Shown: positions 16,574 through 25,520 of the stretch, piece after piece | How positions within the stretch are numbered: the first letter of the stretch is position 1 | Layout: each line of letters opens with the position of its first letter | From: Gemmatimonadota bacterium | GTDB lineage: Bacteria; Gemmatimonadota; Gemmatimonadetes; Gemmatimonadales; Gemmatimonadaceae | Assembly: GCA_040389905.1 (NCBI GenBank) | Contig: JAZJZK010000064.1 | Coordinates: 1-35,481 of the forward strand | Direction of reading: 5' to 3' | DNA: 35,481 bases | The notes under the pieces: model-generated | Database searches by the model: none | Seen by the model: only the letters and a program-made list of their open reading frames with translations | Told to the model about the DNA's origin: nothing | Program-made: the position numbers and the translations under genes

Positions 16574-18099
16574 TATTTCTTCCCGCGAGTATCGACCCGC
16601 GTCTTCGTCCACACGGCGACGGCCGCGCAGTTCTGGCCAACGGTGGTGAACTGCGGAGGCGTGACAATGCCATTGTAGACTTCGATCGCCGCGACTTCGC
16701 TGGGATTCAGGAACGAATCGAGATCGCCCGGTGCGAGCGACTGCCATGGCGCGCCATCGACAAACACCGTGACGCAGCCATCTCCCTGCGAGGAGCGACT
16801 GGACGTGATGTACTGCTGCCCGGCCTGCTGTACCACCTTGATACCGGGGATCGATTGCAGCAGGTCCGTGAACCGCTGCGCCTTGCGTCGTTCGATCGCG
16901 TCGGGATCCATGAAATGGCCGCCGGCCGACGTCCGCTTGCGGTCGGTGAACCCAACCTTCTGGAGACCTTCATCACGACGCGACACGACTTCCACCGCCG
17001 ACAACATCGGGACCATGACACCCAGCTTCACCGTCACCCGAGCCGGCGTGCGCGACGAGAGCTCCACGGTCTGCTCCGTGGGGCCATAGCCCAGCCGGCG
17101 AATCACGAGTGCCTGCGTTCCCGACGGAAGCGAGTCGAGCACGAACGTGCCGTCGCTTCGAGTCTGCGCCGCTGAACTCGCACCCATGACGCTCACACGC
17201 GCATCGGCCACTGGCGCACCCGTCGCGGTGAGGACTCGTCCAATCATGCGCGCCGACCCCTTGAGCGGTCCGATTGGCTGCGGCGCGCCGGTGCTATCCG
17301 TCGCAACCGCCTTCACGAGTGCGGCCACGCTCATGCTCCGCAGCGCGAGCATCCCGTCACTCTGCGTCACAGTGACTTCGGCGGTGGCGCCGCCATCTTT
17401 CCGCTGCGCCTGCAGCTTGCCCTCGTAGCTTTCTGGAAGTCCGCAGAGCCGATAGGTACCGTCTTCGGCGACCACGGCTTCGCGCACGCGCGGCGGCCGC
17501 TTCGTCCGCAGATTCGCCGGCAGGCCCGGTGGATCTGGATCGTACCAGACGAACGAGACGCGGGCGCCGACTGCCGCTTCCTCCGTGTCCGGCTCGCGGA
17601 TTCGCCCGACGAGCGCACCCTTGCCGAGCGCCCGTCGCGCCGCCGTGCAGAACAGCGCGGTCAACCGCTCGCCTTCAGGGATGCCCACGACCGTGCGAGT
17701 GATCTCGTTGATGGCGAACTCCATCGGGGGAGACACCAGTGAAATGCCGAGCGTATCGAGAATCGGGTGATCCACGGTGAGCCGATACTTGCCCGGCGGC
17801 ACGCTGTCCACGAGGAAGCGGCCGAGTGAATCGGTCACGCCCATCCGGGTCGTTCCCTCGACGAGGATCAACGCGCCAGCGAGCGGCTCCTGGTGGAGGC
17901 TGTCATAGGCCACGCCTTGAAGGAAGCCGTACTTCGGCACCTCCAGCACGGGAACTGGAGTGGGTGCCGGGGTGATCGGCTTGACCGGCGCTTCTTTCGG
18001 GGGCGTTTTCGTTGGCGGTTTGGTCGGAAGCCGCTGAGCCGCCAGGGGCGACGCGACGAACAGGCCGAGTGCAACCGCAGAAAGGCGAAGCAGACGCAT
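16573..18099 (-). CDS. Secreted protein with carboxypeptidase-regulatory-like domains and a C-terminal TonB-receptor plug-like domain, without a beta-barrel
   Basis: Signal peptide, repeated TDSLGRF / TRSDGTF beta-sandwich motifs and a plug-like DLLQSIPG...VFVDG...LNPSEVAAIEVY...VAVWTK, after which the protein ends. Confidence 0.85.
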   Translation of the reverse strand: MRLLRLSAVALGLFVASPLAAQRLPTKPPTKTPPKEAPVKPITPAPTPVPVLEVPKYGFLQGVAYDSLHQEPLAGALILVEGTTRMGVTDSLGRFLVDSVPPGKYRLTVDHPILDTLGISLVSPPMEFAINEITRTVVGIPEGERLTALFCTAARRALGKGALVGRIREPDTEEAAVGARVSFVWYDPDPPGLPANLRTKRPPRVREAVVAEDGTYRLCGLPESYEGKLQAQRKDGGATAEVTVTQSDGMLALRSMSVAALVKAVATDSTGAPQPIGPLKGSARMIGRVLTATGAPVADARVSVMGASSAAQTRSDGTFVLDSLPSGTQALVIRRLGYGPTEQTVELSSRTPARVTVKLGVMVPMLSAVEVVSRRDEGLQKVGFTDRKRTSAGGHFMDPDAIERRKAQRFTDLLQSIPGIKVVQQAGQQYITSSRSSQGDGCVTVFVDGAPWQSLAPGDLDSFLNPSEVAAIEVYNGIVTPPQFTTVGQNCAAVAVWTKTRVDTRGKK

Positions 18100-18196
18100 G
18101 GGGTTGAATATAGGGCGGGAAGGCTTTCTCTCTACCCGTGAATCCAGAATGAAGGTCCCTTCGTACGGTACGTCAACCTTCCAGTCCGGGCTTCCG

Positions 18197-18499
18197 ATGC
18201 GCCTGTCCAGCGGCACCATTCTGCTCGCAGCATGTATCGTCCTTCCTGCTACCGCGTCGGCGCAAACAAAGCCTGTCTCACGCCCTGCGCCGGCGCAACT
18301 GCCGGCAGATTCGATGGCGATTGGCCGGAGATACGCGGACTGGCTCTATGGAAACAGGGTCGACAGCCTCGTTGCTCACATGGATGCGGATAGCAAGTCG
18401 CGACCGGCAACGGCCACGGAGTTGGCGGACGCGTCGGGACAAATCATGCGCCGCGCCGGCGTCGAAGAAAAGGTGCTGGAGCTGTTGTCACTCGGCTGA
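18197..18499 (+). CDS. Small secreted hypothetical protein, possibly C-terminally truncated
   Basis: Signal peptide ending in ASA-Q, followed by a helical segment that ends abruptly. Confidence 0.55.
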   Translation: MRLSSGTILLAACIVLPATASAQTKPVSRPAPAQLPADSMAIGRRYADWLYGNRVDSLVAHMDADSKSRPATATELADASGQIMRRAGVEEKVLELLSLG

Positions 18500-18609
18500 C
18501 CTCCCCACCGGGCAGTCGGGTCACCTCGCCGCGTCATGGACGAACTCGTCCGTGGCGCGGCGTGCTTTCTGCCACTAGCTCCGGCATCACATCGACACTG
18601 GAGCACATC

Positions 18610-18822
18610 ATGGGCGGAAAACCAAGCAACAACATGCAGAGCGATCGTCCCGAATCGGGCGGGGCGGACCGGGATATGGAGCGTGAACGCTCCGGGTTGC
18701 TCGAACGCGAGAAGGCGAACTTCGCGGAGGAGCAGGTCGAGAAGCGGGCGGATGCGCCGGAGCAACTCTCGCCGAAACACGAACCGTTCTCGGTCGGCTC
18801 ACCGCGGAATCCGAAGAAGTAG
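18610..18822 (+). CDS. Small hydrophilic protein, 70 aa
   Basis: GGAG RBS before ATG 18610, and a highly charged, probably disordered sequence. Confidence 0.65.
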   Translation: MGGKPSNNMQSDRPESGGADRDMERERSGLLEREKANFAEEQVEKRADAPEQLSPKHEPFSVGSPRNPKK

Positions 18823-18853
18823 TCCGTCCGGTCCAGAACCTCGGAACAGCCCG

Positions 18854-18995
18854 ACGCAGAGGTCGCAGAGGAACTGAAACAGCCACAGAGATCGCAGAGG
18901 ACTGCAGAAGAATAGGGTTCTAGCGTTTTCCCTCATTTGTCCTGTTTTCCTCTGCGGCCCTCTGCGGCTTTGCAGTTCCTCTGCGACCTCTGCGT
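18854..18995. repeat. Family B inverted repeat between convergent genes
   Basis: ACGCAGAGGTCGCAGAGGAACTG at 18854 has its exact reverse complement ending at 18995. The arms are about 48 bp. Confidence 0.88.
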
Positions 18996-19023
18996 TCAAC
19001 GCATTTGCAGTTGTGCGTTGTCA

Positions 19024-20079
19024 TCAGGGCTGTTTCTTCGAACCGTCGCTCGGGCGCGGCGCCGCGAAGCCGGTGAAGAATCCGGTGTGGCGGTACGTCT
19101 GCGTATGCCGAAAACCGTCGTCGAGCGGCGCGTCCTCGACGTCGCTCAAGCGCGAGACATCGATGCTGATCGTCCCGTCCTTCCCGGCGTGATTGTACAT
19201 GTTCGCGAACTTCTTGCCGACGATGATTTCCCACGGCTTGTAGCTCGATCGTGCATGCACCGTTTGCGCGAACGTCTCGTCGATTCCGCTGATGAGAATG
19301 AGGACCTCGGTTTCCGTGCGCACGAGGTCCTCGTGCGTCCATTCCCAGAGCGGGCTGTGTTCGTCAATTGGGTGAACGATCGTCCAGCTCAAGGGAAAAA
19401 ACACGACCTTCGTTCGCTCGAGCTTGAGTTGCGTATACTGCCGCTCAGTGCCGTTGAGCCGAGTGAAGAGCACCGTCGCCTCGAGCTCCATCAACTGGTT
19501 GCTCCGCGCATTCGTGATGCGGAACATGAAACCGGTCTTCCCGTGGTAGGGCGCAATGACGGCCACCTTGCTGAACAACAACGCAGCGGTCGGACGCGAG
19601 AAGCGCGAGAAAACGAGGCCGGTCAAGAGTGCGACCCACAGGATGCCGACGATGGATTCGATCGTGACGATCCAATTCGCCGCCGGCCCGATCGGATAGA
19701 CGTTTCCGTAGCCAATCGTCGCAAAGGTATCGACGCTGAAGAAAAAGGCCCGCATGAACACGCCGCCCATGCTCGTACTGGCCATTCCACCAAGCGCATC
19801 GGGCCCACACGCGAGAAACAGCAGGGCGAACACGGCGTTGAGCCCGATGTAGCTCAAGGCAAACAGGCCGAGGAACCTCGGCCACGTCATCGTCAGCGCG
19901 GCGTGATAGCCGTTCAGGTACGAGAGCGCGGGAAATCCTTCACGGCGCGCCGTGAAACTTCCGTCTCGCTCGATGAGGCGCCGCTCGTTGGCACCTCCAA
20001 CGACGGAGCCAAATCCAAGATCCTTCGGCTCCTCAGCCAGCGGATCCAGCGCGGACTCCGGCTCCAATTCGGTGTTCAT
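19024..20079 (-). CDS. Inward-rectifier potassium channel (KirBac-like)
   Basis: FFFSVDTFATIGYG filter, two TM helices, FSRFSRP, LSWTIVHPIDEHSPL and ARSSY. Confidence 0.93.
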   Translation of the reverse strand: MNTELEPESALDPLAEEPKDLGFGSVVGGANERRLIERDGSFTARREGFPALSYLNGYHAALTMTWPRFLGLFALSYIGLNAVFALLFLACGPDALGGMASTSMGGVFMRAFFFSVDTFATIGYGNVYPIGPAANWIVTIESIVGILWVALLTGLVFSRFSRPTAALLFSKVAVIAPYHGKTGFMFRITNARSNQLMELEATVLFTRLNGTERQYTQLKLERTKVVFFPLSWTIVHPIDEHSPLWEWTHEDLVRTETEVLILISGIDETFAQTVHARSSYKPWEIIVGKKFANMYNHAGKDGTISIDVSRLSDVEDAPLDDGFRHTQTYRHTGFFTGFAAPRPSDGSKKQP

Positions 20080-20159
20080 CAGGGGATCATCGCTCACGAG
20101 CAATAACGTAGTACGCAGCACGCTTGCGTCAAACGAGGCGCACCGGGAAGTTCATCGGC

Positions 20160-20330
20160 ATGCCAAGCCTTCAGGCGCGAGCCGCGGCTCATCCCGACAA
20201 CTGCGAGCGTTACACGCTGCGCATCTTGGCCGGCCTGTTTCACGGATGGCAGATGTGTTACGGCCTGGTGCCGGAAGCGAGCGAGTCGCTTCGCGAGGCC
20301 GCGCGCTTTCTCTCCGACGCGTTGGACTGA
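20160..20330 (+). pseudogene. Probable C-terminal remnant of an HSL-family alpha/beta hydrolase
   Basis: TLRILAGLFHGWQM...PEASESLREAARFL resembles the catalytic-His strand and final helix. No GxSxG or HGGG motif is found upstream. Confidence 0.45.
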
Positions 20331-20333
20331 CCA

Positions 20334-21401
20334 ATGGCCGCGCACAGGAAGGAGCTTCTGCCGGCGCCCGACCTCGATCCCGTACATGACCCGGGTTTCG
20401 AGGAAGCGGGGCAGCGCGCAACCCGGGCCATCGAATCCACCCCCGCGGCTCTCATCGGGTCGCCACTGCTGCGCGGCGGGCACGAGCTGCGCATCGGAAC
20501 CGCGTCGTGGACTGACCCAACCATGACCCGCGCGGGGGTGTTCTATCCGCGTGGCACGTCGTCGGCCGAGCAACGTCTCCGCTATTACGCCGAACAGTTC
20601 AGTGTGGTCGAGGTGGATGCCACGTACTACTCGCTCCCCGATCTTGGCGTCGTGGAACTGTGGAACGAACGGACACCGAGCGACTTCACGTTCCACGTCA
20701 AGGCGCACGCGCTGATGACGGGTCAGCCGACGGAAACCACGCGGCTTCCCGCCGGGCTCGTCGAGCTGCTCCCGAAGGATGTGGCAAGGAAGAAGAAGAT
20801 CTACGCGACCGACTTGCCGACGGAATTGAACGATGCCGTCTGGATGCACTTCATCACGGCGCTGTCACCCTTGAGCGGCAGCGCAAAACTCGGCGGCATC
20901 CTCCTGCAATACCCACGGTGGTTCCTGCCGACGCCGGAAAACAAGGCATTGCTCGCCGACGCTGCGGAACGACTGACCGGCATCCCTGCCACCGTCGAGC
21001 TGCGCAACGGGCACTGGTTCAACAGTGCACGGTCCACGCAATGGACGCTCGACATGCTGCGCGATCTCGGCTTGACTCATGTGGTCGTGGATGGACCGCA
21101 GGGTCTCGAGAGTAGTGTGCCCGCGGTCGCAGCAGTCACGACGCCGAAGTTATCGATGATTCGCCTGCACGGCCGCCGCGCCGCGACCTGGGAAGCCGCG
21201 AACGTCCCGACGGTCGAACGCTATCGGTATCTGTATTCGACGGCAGAGCTGGAATCGTGGATGCCGCTCATCGAGTCTGCGGCGGCTGAAGCAACCCGCA
21301 CGATCGTGTTCTTCAACAACTGTTACGGGAACTACGGTTCGACGAATGCGCGGGAGATGATCGAACTGCTCTCGGACAGGGACCAGGGAATCGATCGCTA
21401 A
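20334..21401 (+). CDS. DUF72 domain protein
   Basis: RIGTASW, VEVDATYY, FHVKAH, VELRNGHW, IRLHGR, YRYLYS and FFNN. Confidence 0.93.
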   Translation: MAAHRKELLPAPDLDPVHDPGFEEAGQRATRAIESTPAALIGSPLLRGGHELRIGTASWTDPTMTRAGVFYPRGTSSAEQRLRYYAEQFSVVEVDATYYSLPDLGVVELWNERTPSDFTFHVKAHALMTGQPTETTRLPAGLVELLPKDVARKKKIYATDLPTELNDAVWMHFITALSPLSGSAKLGGILLQYPRWFLPTPENKALLADAAERLTGIPATVELRNGHWFNSARSTQWTLDMLRDLGLTHVVVDGPQGLESSVPAVAAVTTPKLSMIRLHGRRAATWEAANVPTVERYRYLYSTAELESWMPLIESAAAEATRTIVFFNNCYGNYGSTNAREMIELLSDRDQGIDR

Positions 21402-21408
21402 CGTGTTT

Positions 21409-21533
21409 GCTCGTTTTGTCGCCCAGAGCGTAGCGAAGGGCCCGCACCTGCAGTTGCGCAGTTGGAGGTGCCGACCCCTCGACTCGCGGAGCCTGCCGTG
21501 AGCGTAGTCGAATGGGCTCGCTCGGGGTGACAA
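21409..21533. repeat. Inverted pair of REP-like family A elements between convergent genes; the second copy carries a nested hairpin
   Basis: Plus-strand copy at 21409-21449 and minus-strand copy at 21466-21533, with an insert at about 21490-21518. Confidence 0.88.
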
Positions 21534-21541
21534 TACTTGCC

Positions 21542-22963
21542 TTAGCTTCTAGCCCTTCTATTGGCTCTCCAGTAGACCACGCCACCAAGTAGAACGAATG
21601 CCAGCGCTCCCCCGACCACCTTCCCTTCGAAGAGCAATGGATTCGCATCATCCGCCGGCGGCACCATCGCGACGCTCATCGCGAAAAGCGTCACCACCAA
21701 TCCGCTCACCCCGACGAGCATCGCGGTCGCGGGCCCGCCCGGCACTGTCACCGTGTCCGCTGGAGCTTTCGTGCGACGATGCAGGATGAAAGAGATGAAC
21801 AGGTAGACGTACGGGATGAAATAGATCAGTAGCTGCGTGTCGAGAATGATCAGGTACGCCTTCTCGACTGTTGTCCCCTTGCCCAACAGGCTCACGAGGA
21901 GGAATACGGTCGCGAGCGATGCCTGGACAAGGATTGCCACGTACGGTGTCTTCCATTTGGGATGCACACGCCCGAACGCCGGCGGGAAATACTTGTCGAG
22001 TCCAATCGCAAACGCCACCCGCGCCGGCCCGCTCAGCCATGCGCCGACACCGCCAATGTTGCCCACCGTGTACGCCGCGGCGCAGAGCGCGGGGAGCCAC
22101 CAGAGCGACGGACTGATCGACTTTGCGCCGGCACTCGTCGCCTGGAGAAAACCCGACACGATGTTGATCTCGCCCGTCGGCACGAGCCGCAACAGCGCGC
22201 CGGTGCCGAGTATGTACACGAGCGCAATGAGCGGCGCGGAAATCAGGATGGCACGCGGAAGCGTCTTGCGTGGCTCGCGCACTTCGCCTCCCATCGCACT
22301 CGAGAGTTCGAGTCCCGCAAAGGCAAACGCGATCGACGCCCAGAGATTGAGTCCCGACAGATGCCCAAGGTCGGGGATGATGTTCTGGCTGGTGATCGGA
22401 TTTGCCGACGGGTGACCACTGAGCATCGACACACCGCCCAGCACGATCAGCACGACACCGGGCAAGGACGTTCCGATTCCGCCCGCGTTCTGAAGCCACT
22501 TGCCTGTTCCCACTCCGACGATATTGAGCAGGACCGCGAGCCAGAGACAGACGAGTGTCGCCGTGAGAACGTACGTCCAGTCGCTCGCGAGCGAACTCTC
22601 GCCTTTGCCGATGACGAACGTCGCGATGACGGCCGTCGAGATGAGCAGGTTCGGATAGTACAGGACGTTGTTGATCCAGTAGCACCAGCCGCAGAGATAG
22701 CCGTGCTTCTCACCGAGCGCGCGCTTCGTCCATTGGTAAATGCCCCCTTCCTCCGGGAACCGCGACGCGAGCTCCGTGACGACCAACCCCTGCGGAACGA
22801 AGAACAGAAGGCCCGCGAGCACCCAGAGCGCCAGCGCGCTGGGTCCCGCCTTTGCGGCCGTCGCGAGCCATCGAAGGCCGACGACCGCGACGATGTTGAA
22901 CAGGACCAGATCGCGAAGACCCAGCGCGCGATGCAGCGTTCCGCTTTCGGAGGTTTGACTCAT
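21542..22963 (-). CDS. APC family amino acid/polyamine permease
   Basis: About 12 TM helices, with PEEGGIYQW, FAFAGLE and FGRVHPKWKTPY. Confidence 0.93.
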   Translation of the reverse strand: MSQTSESGTLHRALGLRDLVLFNIVAVVGLRWLATAAKAGPSALALWVLAGLLFFVPQGLVVTELASRFPEEGGIYQWTKRALGEKHGYLCGWCYWINNVLYYPNLLISTAVIATFVIGKGESSLASDWTYVLTATLVCLWLAVLLNIVGVGTGKWLQNAGGIGTSLPGVVLIVLGGVSMLSGHPSANPITSQNIIPDLGHLSGLNLWASIAFAFAGLELSSAMGGEVREPRKTLPRAILISAPLIALVYILGTGALLRLVPTGEINIVSGFLQATSAGAKSISPSLWWLPALCAAAYTVGNIGGVGAWLSGPARVAFAIGLDKYFPPAFGRVHPKWKTPYVAILVQASLATVFLLVSLLGKGTTVEKAYLIILDTQLLIYFIPYVYLFISFILHRRTKAPADTVTVPGGPATAMLVGVSGLVVTLFAMSVAMVPPADDANPLLFEGKVVGGALAFVLLGGVVYWRANRRARS

Positions 22964-25356
22964 AGCCGCAATAGATACGACGCTTTCACGAAGAGCGCAT
23001 CATCCGTGCGGTTGTATCCCTCGAAACCCAGGCTCGACGGGAACTCGAAGCGGTCCGGCGGCGTGCGGGAATCGCGATACCCAGCGCCGTATCCGAGGAA
23101 CACGACGGTTCCCGGATTTGGCTGGTACGCAAAGAGGAAATCCCCGCGAAAGGTCGTAGACGTCGCGGCGGTCGTGAGACTGCCGTTCACCAACAAGGGC
23201 CGGCCCGTCCGCCCTTCATCGCGCAGAGCGTCACGATAGAAGGAGCCATACTCGCCCACGAGTCGCACGAACAGCGGCCGCGCGAGCTGATACTCGAGCT
23301 TGAGCCTGGGAATCCGGTTGTTCGCGACGATGCTTCCGTCCGACGGCCTGTTGTAGCTCTGAAGATTGTACGTCGCGTTCAGGCGCAGTTTGTCCGTCGG
23401 GCGGTACGTCAACCCATACGTCGCGATGACGATCCGCGACGACGCCCATTCATAGAAATTTTCGTCGCGCCCCCATAAGTAGAACGCGCTGGCGGACAGC
23501 GCGCCGCCCTGTGGCGTATTCAGCGAAATGTACTGCTCACTGTTCGGTAGCCTCGGCGTTCCCACAAATGGCGCCGCGACTCCGGACGGACTCTGCACGC
23601 GATAGTTGGAATAGAGACCAGGATCGAAACCGTAGCTCTCGACAAAGTATCCCACGCCGGCGTTCCAGCCCCCACGCAACGTCGAGTTCACACTCAGGTG
23701 GAGCTTCTTCTCAATGGCGTCGTCCTGATGCACGAAACTCTGATAACGCCATACGCTGTAGTACGCGGGATTGAACGTGAGCGCCTCGATGAGACTTCCC
23801 GGCGCGCCGTAGTGCGTGAACCGCTGATCGAGTCCGCCATTCACCACGCCGGTCCGGTTGATGAAGCCGCTCTGCGCAATGAAGTCTTCGTGCACGCCAT
23901 CGAGCGCGTACGAGAAGGCGAAATGCTTCCCGTTGCGATTGAGTCCCGCGTGCCAGAGCGGCGCGTTCAGCGTGGATGACGCCTGTTTGGTGTAACTCTG
24001 CGCGTACTGTCCCTGGAAGCTGTACACACTCCCGAACAGATAGCTGCCGTCGACGTCCGCGACGCGATTGTAGTTGGCTCCATCGACGCGGTCCGTGTAT
24101 GCGACGCCAAGCTTCGACGACGCACCGACGTCGCGCTGCACGCGGAGCAGGTTGAACACCGGATGATTGGTGGACGTCAGTGATCCTGCGGCATCATCCA
24201 CGGCACTGAGGAATGCAATGCTTGTCCCCGACAGCTTGCCCGACAGCTTCGCCGCGCCAACCGGCTTCACAATGCGCCGAGTGTAGATGAGGGAATGCGG
24301 TGTCGCGAACTGTTCCGCGCCATCGAGGAAGAACGGGCGCTTCTCAGCGAAATACAGCGCCTGCCTGGGGTCGAAGAGCAATTGCCCGGCGTCCGATTCG
24401 ATCTGCGAGAAGTCCGGCTTGACGGTGCCGTTCAAGGTGAGATTGTTCGTGATCCCCCAGCGTGCGTTGCCGCCCAGCTGCGGGCGCTGCCGGTCGTAGC
24501 GCCAGCCGCCGAGTGCGTCCGCCTGTGGCGGCCCTCCGGCGGTGCGCTGTGTCACCTCGGGATTCACGTCGACCACGAGCCCGCGATGCAGCTCGGTGAG
24601 CCCCTCCAGCACTCCGGACTGCGCGAGGAATGAAAGCCCGGCGCGGCGCGCGGGAGTCCAGCTGTCCTCGTGCCCGGAGTGCTGCACCTGCCGAACGACG
24701 TTGAGCCCCCACGACTGCACATCCGAGGACTGGTATTTGAGGCTCTTGAAGGGAATTCGCACTTCCACGACGTAGCCGTCGCTCGTGACGCGGCCCTTCG
24801 ACTGAAAGACGAAGTCCGGGCTCAGGTCCGCTGGATCGCGCGCCAGGGCAGCGCCACCGAATCCGTTGGTGCGTGTCACGTTCGACTCGACGATCGTCCC
24901 ATCGCCCTGCACACCGAATGGATTGACGGCGAACACAGTGGCTTGCCGGCCGTCGTTGAAGGTGCCGAGAAGGATCTGCACGTTGTCGTCGCTGCCGATC
25001 TTGTCGCGGTCAGCGAGCGTCGCCCTCGGCAGCCCGTGACGCTCGAACGCGCGGATGCCGAAGTGGATCGCCGTCGGCGAATACCAGACGAGGACCTCGG
25101 TGGAGTCGTCGGAGGGCGTCCCGTCGTTGGGGGCGAACTGACTGAATCCCGTCAGTAGTGCCGCGTTCGCCCATTGCGCCTCGTCGAGTTGGCCGTCGAC
25201 GCTGGTGCCGTCGTCGAGTCGCGGTGGGCGGACCTTGAGCTGGTTGGCGCGTCCGCTGTAGATGCTTTGCGCCGCGGTGGTCGGCGGCGGTTTCGGGACG
25301 CCGCCTGCGCGTGAGCCGACGAGCAGCGCGGCGGTGGTGAGAAGGTATGCAATCAT
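22960..25356 (-). CDS. DUF5916 / CBM9-like outer-membrane protein
   Basis: VDGQLDEAQW, VEVRIPFKSLKY, PDFSQIESD and EKRPFFLDG, ending in beta-strands (FVKASYLLRL). Confidence 0.88.
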   Translation of the reverse strand: MIAYLLTTAALLVGSRAGGVPKPPPTTAAQSIYSGRANQLKVRPPRLDDGTSVDGQLDEAQWANAALLTGFSQFAPNDGTPSDDSTEVLVWYSPTAIHFGIRAFERHGLPRATLADRDKIGSDDNVQILLGTFNDGRQATVFAVNPFGVQGDGTIVESNVTRTNGFGGAALARDPADLSPDFVFQSKGRVTSDGYVVEVRIPFKSLKYQSSDVQSWGLNVVRQVQHSGHEDSWTPARRAGLSFLAQSGVLEGLTELHRGLVVDVNPEVTQRTAGGPPQADALGGWRYDRQRPQLGGNARWGITNNLTLNGTVKPDFSQIESDAGQLLFDPRQALYFAEKRPFFLDGAEQFATPHSLIYTRRIVKPVGAAKLSGKLSGTSIAFLSAVDDAAGSLTSTNHPVFNLLRVQRDVGASSKLGVAYTDRVDGANYNRVADVDGSYLFGSVYSFQGQYAQSYTKQASSTLNAPLWHAGLNRNGKHFAFSYALDGVHEDFIAQSGFINRTGVVNGGLDQRFTHYGAPGSLIEALTFNPAYYSVWRYQSFVHQDDAIEKKLHLSVNSTLRGGWNAGVGYFVESYGFDPGLYSNYRVQSPSGVAAPFVGTPRLPNSEQYISLNTPQGGALSASAFYLWGRDENFYEWASSRIVIATYGLTYRPTDKLRLNATYNLQSYNRPSDGSIVANNRIPRLKLEYQLARPLFVRLVGEYGSFYRDALRDEGRTGRPLLVNGSLTTAATSTTFRGDFLFAYQPNPGTVVFLGYGAGYRDSRTPPDRFEFPSSLGFEGYNRTDDALFVKASYLLRL

Positions 25357-25389
25357 GGTGGGAGTCGGGGGGCGGTCGAATGATCGGGG

Positions 25390-25405
25390 TACAATATTGT
25401 ATACA
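25390..25405. promoter_or_regulatory. AT-rich palindromic operator candidate (GntR-like) upstream of the DUF5916-APC operon
   Basis: A perfect 12-bp palindrome TACAATATTGTA (25390-25401) overlaps TGTATACA (25398-25405). It includes a minus-strand TACAAT -10-like hexamer. Confidence 0.5.
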
Positions 25406-25453
25406 CTACTGCGACGCTAGCCCCCGCTCGGCCTTTGACGTCCCCCTGACGAG

Positions 25454-25490
25454 AAAAGTGCGGCCCTGGCACTCCGCCAGAACCGCACTT
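25454..25490 (-). terminator. Intrinsic terminator after the 25521-26180 gene
   Basis: The minus strand reads AAGTGCGGTTCTGGC-GGAGT-GCCAGGGCCGCAC-TTTT. Confidence 0.65.
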
Positions 25491-25520
25491 GTCAGAAAAC
25501 TGTGTGGCGTGCGACGGAGC

